A stretch of DNA of 64,000 nt, taken from the NCBI GenBank assembly GCA_964016885.1, contig OZ024740.1, positions 191,704,001 to 191,768,000 of the forward strand. The letters are read 5' to 3'. The notes below the pieces were generated by a model, which was given only the letters and a program-made list of their open reading frames with translations, was not told the origin of the DNA and ran no database searches. Below, one piece after another: positions 53,586 through 64,000 of this stretch (position 1 is its first letter; every line of letters begins with the position of its first letter). Source of the DNA: Eledone cirrhosa (lineage: Eukaryota). The position numbers and the translations under genes are program-made.

Positions 53586-54849
53586 AATGTCTGTGGAAAT
53601 CCTTAAATAGTTGTACATGTTTTATAATAATATCGTTGGAAGAACATATTGCTTATTTCTGTTCATTTAATTTATTTAAAATGAGCAATCTGTTTTGGGA
53701 TACTTGAGACTAATTCACGTCGATTTCAGTAGCTTAATAGCTGGTACTGTGTACGTTTATTACTAATTTGCAAACCATTCTGGGTATTATATCAATGAAT
53801 CTATGCAATATGAAGTAGACGATCCTGATATGAAATATGGCCAGAAGAGCATATGTATGGAGGCAATAAGTAACGTAGAAATATTATACTTCATCTACTT
53901 AATACATATATTTTAATAAAAACCTATATTTTGTAGATTTCATATATCACTTATCGTCAGGATATTAAAGAAATACAATGATTTTTAAAATTTCATTTGT
54001 GGGATGAATAAATAATCGAATTCGTCTACGTATAATGATAGATTTACGGTACCTTCCATAATTTCCTTTGCAGTCAATAGCATAGTCTCGTTAATAAATA
54101 TATTATATTTAAGCCTGTGTAAATAAACACCTACTCTATGGTCTATAAAACTGGGAAGGATTAAACAGATTAAATATTTATTTTTATAAGTGAAATATTC
54201 TAACCGCTTTTGTTGTTTATTAACAGATCCATATAATACGTAGACCTGTTCAAGAGCATTACATTAATCACCATAGGCATACTCTATTTATCACCACGTT
54301 CTTGAATGTATTGTTGTCTCTAAATATAGCGGGTTATGAATTGAAGACGATTAGACATATGTTTGTCACGGGTTGATCGATTTCGTAAAGTCTGCCTGAT
54401 TGATACCATAATTATTAGTGTTTTAAAAGTAAATGGAGGAAAAATGAAAAATGAAAATTAGGTAAAATGTTCATTATATGATACGCGATACATATCGCAG
54501 TCAATGTTTACCAAGACAATTTGTAGGGACTGTAGAAAAACATGGGCAGTGAAATAATTTTCGAGTGTTCATATCCTGTGATGATTACGACTATAAGTAT
54601 AACATTGAAAGGATGACATGTTGAAAAACTATGTGTCTGTGATTTGCGGAGTTGAATAGATGCGGTGTGTATATAACTAGTTTAGAAATAAAGAGATTTT
54701 TACGGTAGTGATATGATAGGCAGACAGAGAACGATGCACACAATTTATACAAGGAATCCCATAATTATGAAATGCACTTTTATCCACTCGCCGATGTCTG
54801 CATTCATAGCATGTAATGTCGACGTAATTTATTGATGAAGAACTCCATG

Positions 54850-55130
54850 CTAATAAGACATTTTTCATACAAAATATGTATTATTCAGAATTGTCATGCT
54901 TTGCTAACGTAGGATTTCCGGCTTGTAGACAATGGTCAATCACTTTATGAATTGTTCTAAGAATACCATGGATACCAGTTAAATTTCCAGCATATCTAAA
55001 CATGGCAACATGTCACTGAGGCTTTCGTCTTCCAGTAAATTGAGGTTAATGGCTCGATTGTAATGCCGTAATGAATTTTCTCCCGTTACTGCATCTTTAG
55101 ATGAAACCTAAATCCCATGATCACCGTTTC
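54850..55130 (-). mobile_element. Possible R4/Dong-type (RLE) LINE C-terminal remnant
   Basis: FITALQ..MFRYAG..VIDHCLQAGNPTLAKHD resembles the CR.C..DH..GC..LA zinc-knuckle region; very degenerate. Confidence 0.3.
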
Positions 55131-55952
55131 CTCTTACATATTCTTCTTTTAATTTCAATATTCATTCGCATTTAACAACATTCAATGAAGATCAAATTGC
55201 GAGTAACTGGTAAATGAAGTAATCTGATTTCATAGCAAATGAAGTTTTACATAAAATGAAATATTATCCAGGGAAAATGTTAGAAAGATAATAAACATAA
55301 AAGAAACATACGATATCTTCCTAGATAATTAGTAATGTTTTGTTGCATGATTAATGTTAACAAATTTATTTGGTAACGTGCTGTCCAACTTAACGACCTA
55401 TACTGGATGCATTATTTTATAATTGATTATCGATTTTTTGTCAATTAGGTGGTAGTTTCTTGAATAATTAAATACTAAAGATTAATAGTCAAGATTATTG
55501 AGCATTAGATATTTGTTGAGATGATTGGCTGCGGAGGAACCCAAGAGCACAAGAATCCAACATAATGTTTGATTTGTTTATAATTACAAATATAAGGGGA
55601 GAGTGATGTACTATTGTGTAGATAGTACATTAAAACATCATATTAAATAGCTAATGGGCATATACCCTCAACATACTCTGTAATAACGTTGACCACATTT
55701 ACAGTTTGGAGGCAGGGATCAGTATCATATACATAAAACAATTAGCCGATACACACAAACATGATGGTGTAGCTTAGAACAAACAAGAAATACAAAATAG
55801 CATGAAAGTTAGTCACTTATTAGGTGATAGAGGAGCTTCGACAATCATAAACTAAACAACCATCCGGGTATTAAATTAAACGACTAGGAGTTTATAATAA
55901 ATTGAAAGGAAATCCAACAGGTGTTTGTGTTTATCGTGGCAGCATCGCACTC

Positions 55953-56055
<103 letters not shown>

Positions 56056-56442
56056 ATAAAGGTGGAAACAGACATAGTGAATCGATTTCGTTGTTTAAGC
56101 TATTTTCTGATATGGAGACGCATTTCAATGGCTTCGCATACTATTACCAGGACTACATGAATCATGATGTCCTTGGTTGGACTACACTACGTAATACTTC
56201 GAGAGTGTAGCTTGGCATACCCTTTTATTTACCCAAGCTGGATGGATACATTTGCGTTAATAGAGGTTCTAAAGAAAACATTTTGGAACAAAGTTACTTT
56301 TGATTTAATGGAACATATTAGCTACAAATCTGATACTGTAATTTAGTTTAGACAATAGTATTTGAATTTGCCATTGTAAAGCCATTTATATATAGACAGG
56401 GTGTCACCATACTTTGTTTATCTGTGAATGCTGTTTTGGATT

Positions 56443-56498
<56 letters not shown>

Positions 56499-56830
56499 TA
56501 AAATAACAGATTAAAGTTTAAGCAAAGAATCGCTGCTTTCACTCTTAACGGGATCTTTTGAAACTAAAAAAAATCAATCTGTGAACGCAGAAGACAGGAA
56601 GACGATACTTTGGTTCGTGGAATCAAAGTATTGTCTTCCTGTCTTCCTTCGGTGGCAACTTTTTTCGAAATATTTACCTCTACATTCACAGATTGATTTT
56701 TTTTAGTTTCAGAAGATCCCGTTAAGGATGAAAGCAACGCATATATGCTTAAACTTTAATCTGTTCTTATATATTTGATATACATTTATCCTTATCGAGC
56801 CTTCTTTGGATTTTAGTCTTCAAATTTATT
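56499..56830. mobile_element. Nested fold-back element, family C, with variant hammerheads on both strands
   Basis: Outer arms 56505-56590 / 56682-56765; inner hairpin 56590-56647; plus motif 56705-56755 AGTTT-CAGAAGA-TCCCGTTAAGGAT-GAAA-GCA..TGC-TT-AAACT; (TA)n flanks. Confidence 0.82.
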
Positions 56831-56847
56831 ATTATTACTATTATTAT

Positions 56848-56918
<71 letters not shown>

Positions 56919-57031
56919 CCATTTATATCTAGTAACATTTATATACATACAGATGCATATCAATGCTAGCAAATATATAGGTTTTGTCTTAGTAACATTG
57001 TGGTTCAATGCATGGGGTTGCAGAACAATAA

Positions 57032-57143
57032 TATGAGAGACGTAAGATAAGAAAATTATAAAATTATAAAAACATTATAAAATTGATTTACTTACTAAAA
57101 TATCACTTCCAACCAATTAATTTAATAATTTTCTTATCTTACG

Positions 57144-57152
<9 letters not shown>
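57032..57152. repeat. Inverted-end fragment of the 2066-2136 tail family
   Basis: atatgagagacgtaagataagaaaattat / ataattttcttatcttacgtctctcatat; interior reverse-complements 2067-2100. Confidence 0.8.
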
Positions 57153-57201
<49 letters not shown>

Positions 57202-57204
57202 TGC

Positions 57205-57600
57205 ATCGCTGTATACAGATACGTATTTGAATCTCGCATTTCTAAAGAAATATGATATGTTTATAAATATTCTAATTCTCTTTTATTATAAGTTGATTGA
57301 GCCAACATATACAGCTTTATATACAAACGGGTTTAATCACCTCATTTACACAGACAAAAAAACTATATATTTTCGCCTGTTTTCAACGTCCGGCAGTTGC
57401 AAGAGCGGGAGTGATCGTCCTGACGAGACCAGTCAAGTTCGAAATGCGTCGACGATTGCCCTCCTTGTTTTGGCTGGGCACCGCCTGGAGGCGTTAGCTG
57501 CCAGTGCATTATTCACAGCTATGGCTTTCTAAATGTTTATTTATAAACATACCCTATTTCTTTAGAAACACGAAATGCAAATATATATAGATATATACAT
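57205..57600. mobile_element. Terminal-inverted ~390-bp element carrying a hammerhead
   Basis: Arms 57223-57269 / 57538-57583 (tttctaaagaaata..tatgtttataaata). Confidence 0.7.
57413..57457 (+). ncRNA. Type I hammerhead ribozyme motif
   Basis: GATCGTC-CTGACGA-GACC-AGTCAA-GTTC-GAAA-TGCG-TC-GACGATT; 7-bp stem I, GUC triplet, one stem II mismatch. Confidence 0.82.
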
Positions 57601-58599
57601 ATATAAAATGCAGTGGTAATTAAAATTGATATAGAATTAGTGTAGTGAATACAAATAGCAACTATCTCCTATATCAACCAATATTTATGTGTTATCACCG
57701 TTGTTGTTGATCGTAATGCATAAGAAATCTATTCCAACTTGGACCCCTCGATTTATGTGCCATAGTGTACCATGCAATGTGTACTTACTTGCTATCAATC
57801 GGAATGTTTGCCGAGAGCAATACATCTTAAAATAGTTAAGGAACATGGTAGCCTTTGCAGTTACAATAGTCCCAGAAAATGGTATGTCTAATTGTATCAA
57901 TTCTTTGGGAACGGTCATAATTCATATCCCTTCATTATTGTTCTTAAATAAGGTATCTCGCTTAAGGCAATAACAGTTGAGATTGTTTTATTGGAGATAA
58001 GACAAGGAGAGATTGAATTTTAATGTAAGAACCGTTTATCTCATATTGTTGTTTTAGTTTTGTTGTTATTATTTTGCTGCAAATGTTACTGACGTGTTTG
58101 TTCACAACCCTTGCTTCCAGGTAATACCTCGCATAAACAAATCAATTATGATAATTGATGAGAAATTAATACTGCTTTCGTTACTCCAGCATTATGTATA
58201 AAGTACTAACCTTTCAAAAATCCTTCCACATCCCATGGCGGAAGAATACAGGTAAATCTCTGCGAATGTTTCCTGCTATTTTCAGCTAGTCCGTTGACAA
58301 TCTAGAGGCCATCACACGTAGGTCCTCACATTGTAGTTAAACCTTTTAGTGTCAATAAAGTTAAGTGCATCTCATCGATGTAAATGTCTATCAGTTATCC
58401 GAGAAAACAACAGAATTATGATAGAAGAAAAATACTATACTTCACTAATCACCTATGAAAAAAATCCTATAACCACACAGCAAATTACTAATAAAATTGT
58501 TTGGTGTGATAACATTTCTATTATCTGAGATATAGAGAATTATGACTCAACGTTGTCCTTTTGATGGCTCAAGATTTAACTTTAATTAATTATCCTCTT

Positions 58600-58790
58600 C
58601 TTCCCCCCACCCCCCACCTCTATACGGGAGGGTCTTGGAGGAAATTGTTTCAAGCACTCATTCCAGCGTGATCTGTCAGAGGTAACTGCCGCCAATTGAT
58701 CCGGCTGGATTCCAAAGTAAAACCTTCTCAGTTCATGGATTTTATCCAAACATCTTCCTCGTTGACTTCCCTCAACAAAAATCAAATAAT
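58600..58790 (-). mobile_element. RTE LINE 3' fragment (family of 3020-3575)
   Basis: RGRCLDKIH..GIQPDQLAAVTSDRSRWNECLKQFPPRPS. Confidence 0.65.
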
Positions 58791-60191
58791 CATTCTTTTC
58801 CAGATCACTTTTGGTCCAGGGCCCATGGATATCATGCAGAAATAACTGACATGGCAGTGCTACCGAGGAGTTGTTTCCAATTCAAGGTAACATCTACAGA
58901 TATGGTATTGCCATTTGCCGGGCTTAACCAAACTGCATACAGAGCCACTAAACCATCCTCCACATACTCGTCGACAGTTCAATTAGTGCTGGCTTTTGTC
59001 TATACGGCCAACATATGCAGTATTTTCTGAGTCAATTTGGACTATCAACCGAGACCATCTAGATGATCACCTTGGCACCTTTGCTAAAAGGGAAGGACAG
59101 TCAGCTTTCATCTGCCTGTCTATAATGATGACATAGTTTGTATGATGGACACTTTAGAAATGTGTGAAAATAAACACTTTTCCTTTCAGTGAATCACTGA
59201 TTAATCTTTTCCAGATTTTATATGAAGATAAAAACCAGATGGCGGAGAGGAATGCTACCTAACAACCAATTTGTTGAAAGGTGTGTGAGAGAGGTAAACA
59301 TGTTCCGAGTAAATGGGCTTGCTCTACGTATGTAACTGTAGATTGGAGAAGCACAACAGAGATGACACTTACATTAACGGTCAATGTTACTGTAGCTATC
59401 TGTGAACTTTCTCTACAAATAACCGTCGGTTTTCTCCCCGCTTTTCAGAATTTTGTTATATTTCAACTCTTCAATTTTTTTTCGTTTTTGTTATAAACTA
59501 TATTATAAACAAAAGACCCACGCAGTACTATCCTGTGCCGTCTTTATTATCCCCTGAATGCAAGCTATGTTTGTCTCAGAAGGAAAGCATTATTTTCTTA
59601 TTATCCACATCATTATCATCATCATTGTCACCACCTTTATATTCGGCAGAGATAGTAAATTTCAAGGCTAAACAGTTTCGGAACATTGTTCAGATCTTAA
59701 CTTGATAGAATTTGCGTTTTAACCCCGCCGAATTCGTTCTAAACATCAAATCAAATATAAATGCCACTACACCTCTATTTAATCCAGCCTCCTCCTTGTA
59801 TTTTTTAATATCACTTGTATGATTTTGTCAAATCATTATTCTTAACACTACACTGTTGCATATTATAATTTCATTTCCGCTGCATTCTTGGAGATAACGC
59901 TCATTGCTTCCTTTAAGACTTCCCTTCAACATCAGTTTATGATTATATTAAACTACTGAAATCCGAAAACCTTACTGCAAGTAACCAATTACATTCAGAT
60001 TTGCAAAAAAGCTATACCCACCCTGTGCGGGTATAAGCGTCACGCCGGTTTACGTACGTGTGCGCGTGTTTATGTTTACGTGCTAGTAAATGCATGCATG
60101 GCGTGGGTTTTCGCGTTGCACGTGTATGTACGTATATAGATGTTTGTATGTATGGATTTAATAACATTAGTTCAACTAATTTATTTACATT

Positions 60192-60301
60192 ATTCCCGCC
60201 GAGGTTAACTTCACCTTTCATTCTTACGGGGTTGATAAAATAAAGTACCAGTAATGTACTTGGTAATTGCTGGCCTTGTGCCTAAAATAGAAACTATTAT
60301 T
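60192..60301 (+). mobile_element. SINE family 1, 3' half
   Basis: tcccgccgaggttaacttcacctttcattcttacggggttgataaaataaagtaccagt..tagaaactattat. Confidence 0.8.
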
Positions 60302-60464
60302 CTTAACTCCGACGCCGAGAATCATTCGGTTTCCTAAATAGAATATTAGTCTAATGACTCCATTTATACCATAAACGTGGTTTTGTATTTGCGTGTATTT
60401 GTTCTCCCGCCCCACATAGCGACGTATTATCTTCCCTTTTTTCCGTTCATTGCCAGAGAAAGTA

Positions 60465-60705
60465 TTCACGATACCAAAGTATCGTTTTCCTGTTTTCTCC
60501 GATTTCAACGTTTTTCGAAATATTGACTTCTGCGTTCACAGATTGCGTTCAGAATATACCGTTAAGGTTGAAAGCAACGATTCTTTGCTTAAAATTTAAT
60601 GTGATTTTAATAAATATTTGCTCTAGGGTTCTTATATATTTGATATATACTTATCATTGTCGAGCCCTCTTTGGATTTTAGTCTTCACATTTATTATTAT
60701 TATAT
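60465..60705 (+). mobile_element. Family C element copy (single orientation) with decayed hammerhead
   Basis: Matches 56622-56830; CAGAATA-TACCGTTAAGGTT-GAAA-GCAACGATTCTTTGC-TT-AAAAT. Confidence 0.75.
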
Positions 60706-61235
60706 ATATATGGTTAATATTTCAGACAAAAGCGTTGACAATCCCTTTGTGTCACATGGGTGTTTAATTAGAAAATAATATGAATATTTGCAATAGTAAC
60801 TGTCAGATTCTCACAAATTCTTTAGTTTTAATATTAGTTATTTACACCTGAAATATAGTTTTTAGATCTTCTAAAATCCAATATGTAAAGTCCGAAGGGA
60901 ATAGAAACAAAGTGTGTTAAATTACAGTGTTGAAGTGTGTTGAAATATACATGAATTTTCAATTTCCATCACAAAGGCACAATGAAGTGAACATCATATC
61001 CCAACATCGGAGCATGTACTAAAATGCCTATTTGTTTTATTTGAATATGTTTGTTCGCATATATGCAAATATGAGCGCGTCTTAATTCTATGTATTTAGG
61101 TGTGCGTGTACACGACCAGAGTAACTACAGAGAAATATATACTTATTTTACCATTTATAGAAGATTTTATATCTGCAGAAAGTTATAAAATGATATAATC
61201 TTTAGAGAGTTAACACAACTGAGACACACACAGAC

Positions 61236-61270
<35 letters not shown>

Positions 61271-61702
61271 GTGTTACGCCATAACCGGATGATATAACTA
61301 AGTCATTAGAATGCGTTAATCTTCGCAACTTTATTTATAAATCTTTAAAAGAATATTTCCAGTCCCGCCTTCTGTTGTTTTAAATATATGGATACATCCT
61401 CTGACATATTGTTGTACTTTGGGATGGTCACTCTGCCGATAAAATCACACGCACATGTTGGTTTTCAGTTCAATGTATTATAAGTTTCAGTTTGGTTGGT
61501 TCGAAAGCTATTCACACGCACATTCAGCCTCCACAGTGACTGGGTCTTTATTTTGTGTCTCCCTTTTCTTCTGCCCTACACCATCGTTATGTAGGACATA
61601 CAAATCCAAACTACCAGATTAACTTCTTTTGTCAAACATTTTGTAAAATTACATCTTTACTTTCTTTTCAAACTTCGCTCATTGTTTCATTGACAAACCT
61701 GT

Positions 61703-61902
<200 letters not shown>

Positions 61903-61904
<2 letters not shown>

Positions 61905-62311
61905 GTAGAAACCCCAGTAAATGTCCCCTAGAGGGTAGGTGCCTCGGCAGTGGCTTAGTATATGGATTTAGCGTGAAAACAAACAACCATACCTTCACCT
62001 ATATCGGAGCCACAGCTAATAAGGAACGCTGGTACAATCACTGCCACACCTTTAAGACGGCTGATGAGAAACACAGCACCACCCTCTCAGAAATAGTGTG
62101 GCGTCTCACACATGATAACGCAGAAATAACCTTGCCGTGGTCCAATGTACCCTGGGCCCAAATGTACAGAGGGAGTGGGCATGACTCGTGCGATTTGTGT
62201 GTCACCGAGTTTATGGAAATAATTGCGAGGGGAGTTCAAGTTATTAATAAAAGGAGTAACCACTTCAGCACTTGCCTCCACATATCTTCTGGAACCTTCC
62301 TCAAAATGTAA
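61903..62311 (+). pseudogene. PLE GIY-YIG endonuclease fragment, 5'-truncated at (TA)n
   Basis: CRNPSKCPLEGRCL..LVY..TYIGATANKERWYNH..STTLSEIVWRL..CDLCVTE..INKRS..CLH. Confidence 0.85.
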
Positions 62312-63279
62312 AGACTAACAACGTAGTTGTGTTAGTTGAAGACTTTTGCAAACTTGTCCGTGGAAGCCGGGCATGACCACGCGGCAACCCCAACGTCAGG
62401 CGAACCTTGGATACCTTGTTTGCACACCTGGAGTCTCTGTGTGTACAATTTCCTTGTCCCTTGTTCCCTATTCCTCTGTTTATATACCTAGTGTTGTTTT
62501 TTTTATTTATTTTTGTCCCGTTCTGTTATTATTGTGTTCTCTATATGCGTTCGCGTTTCTAATCTGCTTGTTCCTGTACCTAATTTTGCTTCCCGTAACC
62601 CTCTTCCATGGCCTAACAGCCCTTTTAATAGTATTGTTGCCACTGTAGTTCGGACTGAATGCTGTAATCATTGCTAGCCTTGTGCCTTGCAATGATAGAG
62701 AGGATTATATTAACTGGGAATACATTTGTTTATATATATAAATACCCATCTATCTTTCTATCCCCTTTTTCACTTACTTGTGTCAACTGACTACTATTGT
62801 GGTTAGTTTAATTTTCATGAAAGCCTGGCTTTTTTTCACTGGTGTTGTTGTTGTTGGTGGTGGTGTTACCAATGACTTAATACTGACATACATGATACCA
62901 TCTCTACTGCAACGAATGGGGTGGATGATGGGCGGTGTTGGTGCTTGGTGCCGTTGCCATTGTTGTTGTTACTATTTATGGTCATGGTGATTGAAACCAC
63001 CGACTCTGTGTACCCACCTACCTCTAAACTCCTTTTTATTGCTTTGGCGTTATCGCTGTTTACGGTCGAGAGGGCAGTACCGTCACTGTGACGACTACGA
63101 CCTGTATACACGACGCTGGTCTGTGCTTTTGCTATTGTTGTCGTTTGTTGCTGTTGTTGTTGTTCTAAATGTTTTACTGTAGCTGTTGCTTTAGTTGTCG
63201 TTGTCAATAGTGCGGTGGTATAACCACGGCTATTGCAACCCGTCTGGACAACTTTGGTCGGCGGTTTGATGTTAGTGTC

Positions 63280-63301
63280 ATTGTTGTTGTTGTAGTTGTC
63301 G

Positions 63302-63335
<34 letters not shown>

Positions 63336-63345
63336 AGTTGTTGTT
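63280..63345. repeat. (GTT)n microsatellite
   Basis: Direct reading. Confidence 0.9.
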
Positions 63346-64000
63346 TATAGGTGGTTGTCAACTAAATATATACCGCACCCTCCTCTAGGCTCATTTTATT
63401 GCATCAACTGTTTACTGGGGTTTGGCTGCACACAGCCCTTCATTCTTTTCGTCTTTTCGTTGATAGCTTTTTCTAACAAACACGACTGCTGGCAAATCCT
63501 TCAAGTAACTCATATGTATGCTGGGCGCACAGGCATTAGGACGTGTGTTTTCCTGCCAGCGATATATCCAATATATTGATTTTCATCTGAGGAAACGGTT
63601 CTCATAATCAACAGCAAATGCATGAAGGACATCTCGATTGCATGGAGAACCGTGGAAAGAATTATTATGATTAAACGATATATGTAACCTCAGCGTCTTA
63701 TTTTGTTATTTATCTAACATATATTTGTGAAATGGGTGGTGGTTGAAATTCAGATGTGCACGGTTAAATGATAGTAGACGTCGTCGGACTGACATGAAAA
63801 TGCACACACCTATGTAAACAGTGCCAAGGCAGCAAATAGACGAGGTTCCAAATCTCTAACTTGAAAAATCTGGTCCCTGGGGCCCCAAAACTATCCCGTT
63901 CGGTGAGTTATTTCCCCCTGTTCTAATACTTTTGTCTTATTTACAATTTCATACAAATAAAGCAGTAAATAAAGGATTATGAGTTGATGCAATTGACTTA

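Noticed and set aside
62780-63350. Thr/Gln/Asn-rich minus ORF (62866-63207)
   Set aside because: Derived from (GTT)n; may be a LINE ORF1 start but unsupported

Overview
AT-rich, microsatellite-dense eukaryotic DNA with no convincing host protein-coding exon. Its tRNA-derived SINE family and (TA)n density suggest an octopod cephalopod (inference). Most six-frame ORFs are (TA)n/(CA)n artefacts. Recognisable elements: a degenerate near-full-length Tx1/L1-type LINE (~5.65-11.45 kb, minus), RTE LINE 3' ends, a Tc1/mariner fragment, a ~2.4 kb non-autonomous Helitron, several Penelope-like (PLE) RT/GIY-YIG remnants and ~10 SINEs. The most striking signal is non-coding: about 20 type I hammerhead-ribozyme (HHR) motifs (stem I-CUGANGA-stem II-GAAA-stem III-UH-stem I), from near-intact to decayed, in at least 7 sequence families. 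Most lie in 100-1000 bp fold-back or tandem units next to (TA)n tracts, often as two copies on opposite strands. This fits a population of non-autonomous PLE pseudo-LTR/retrozyme-like elements with non-canonical ribozyme variants. All structures were read by eye; none was computed or tested.
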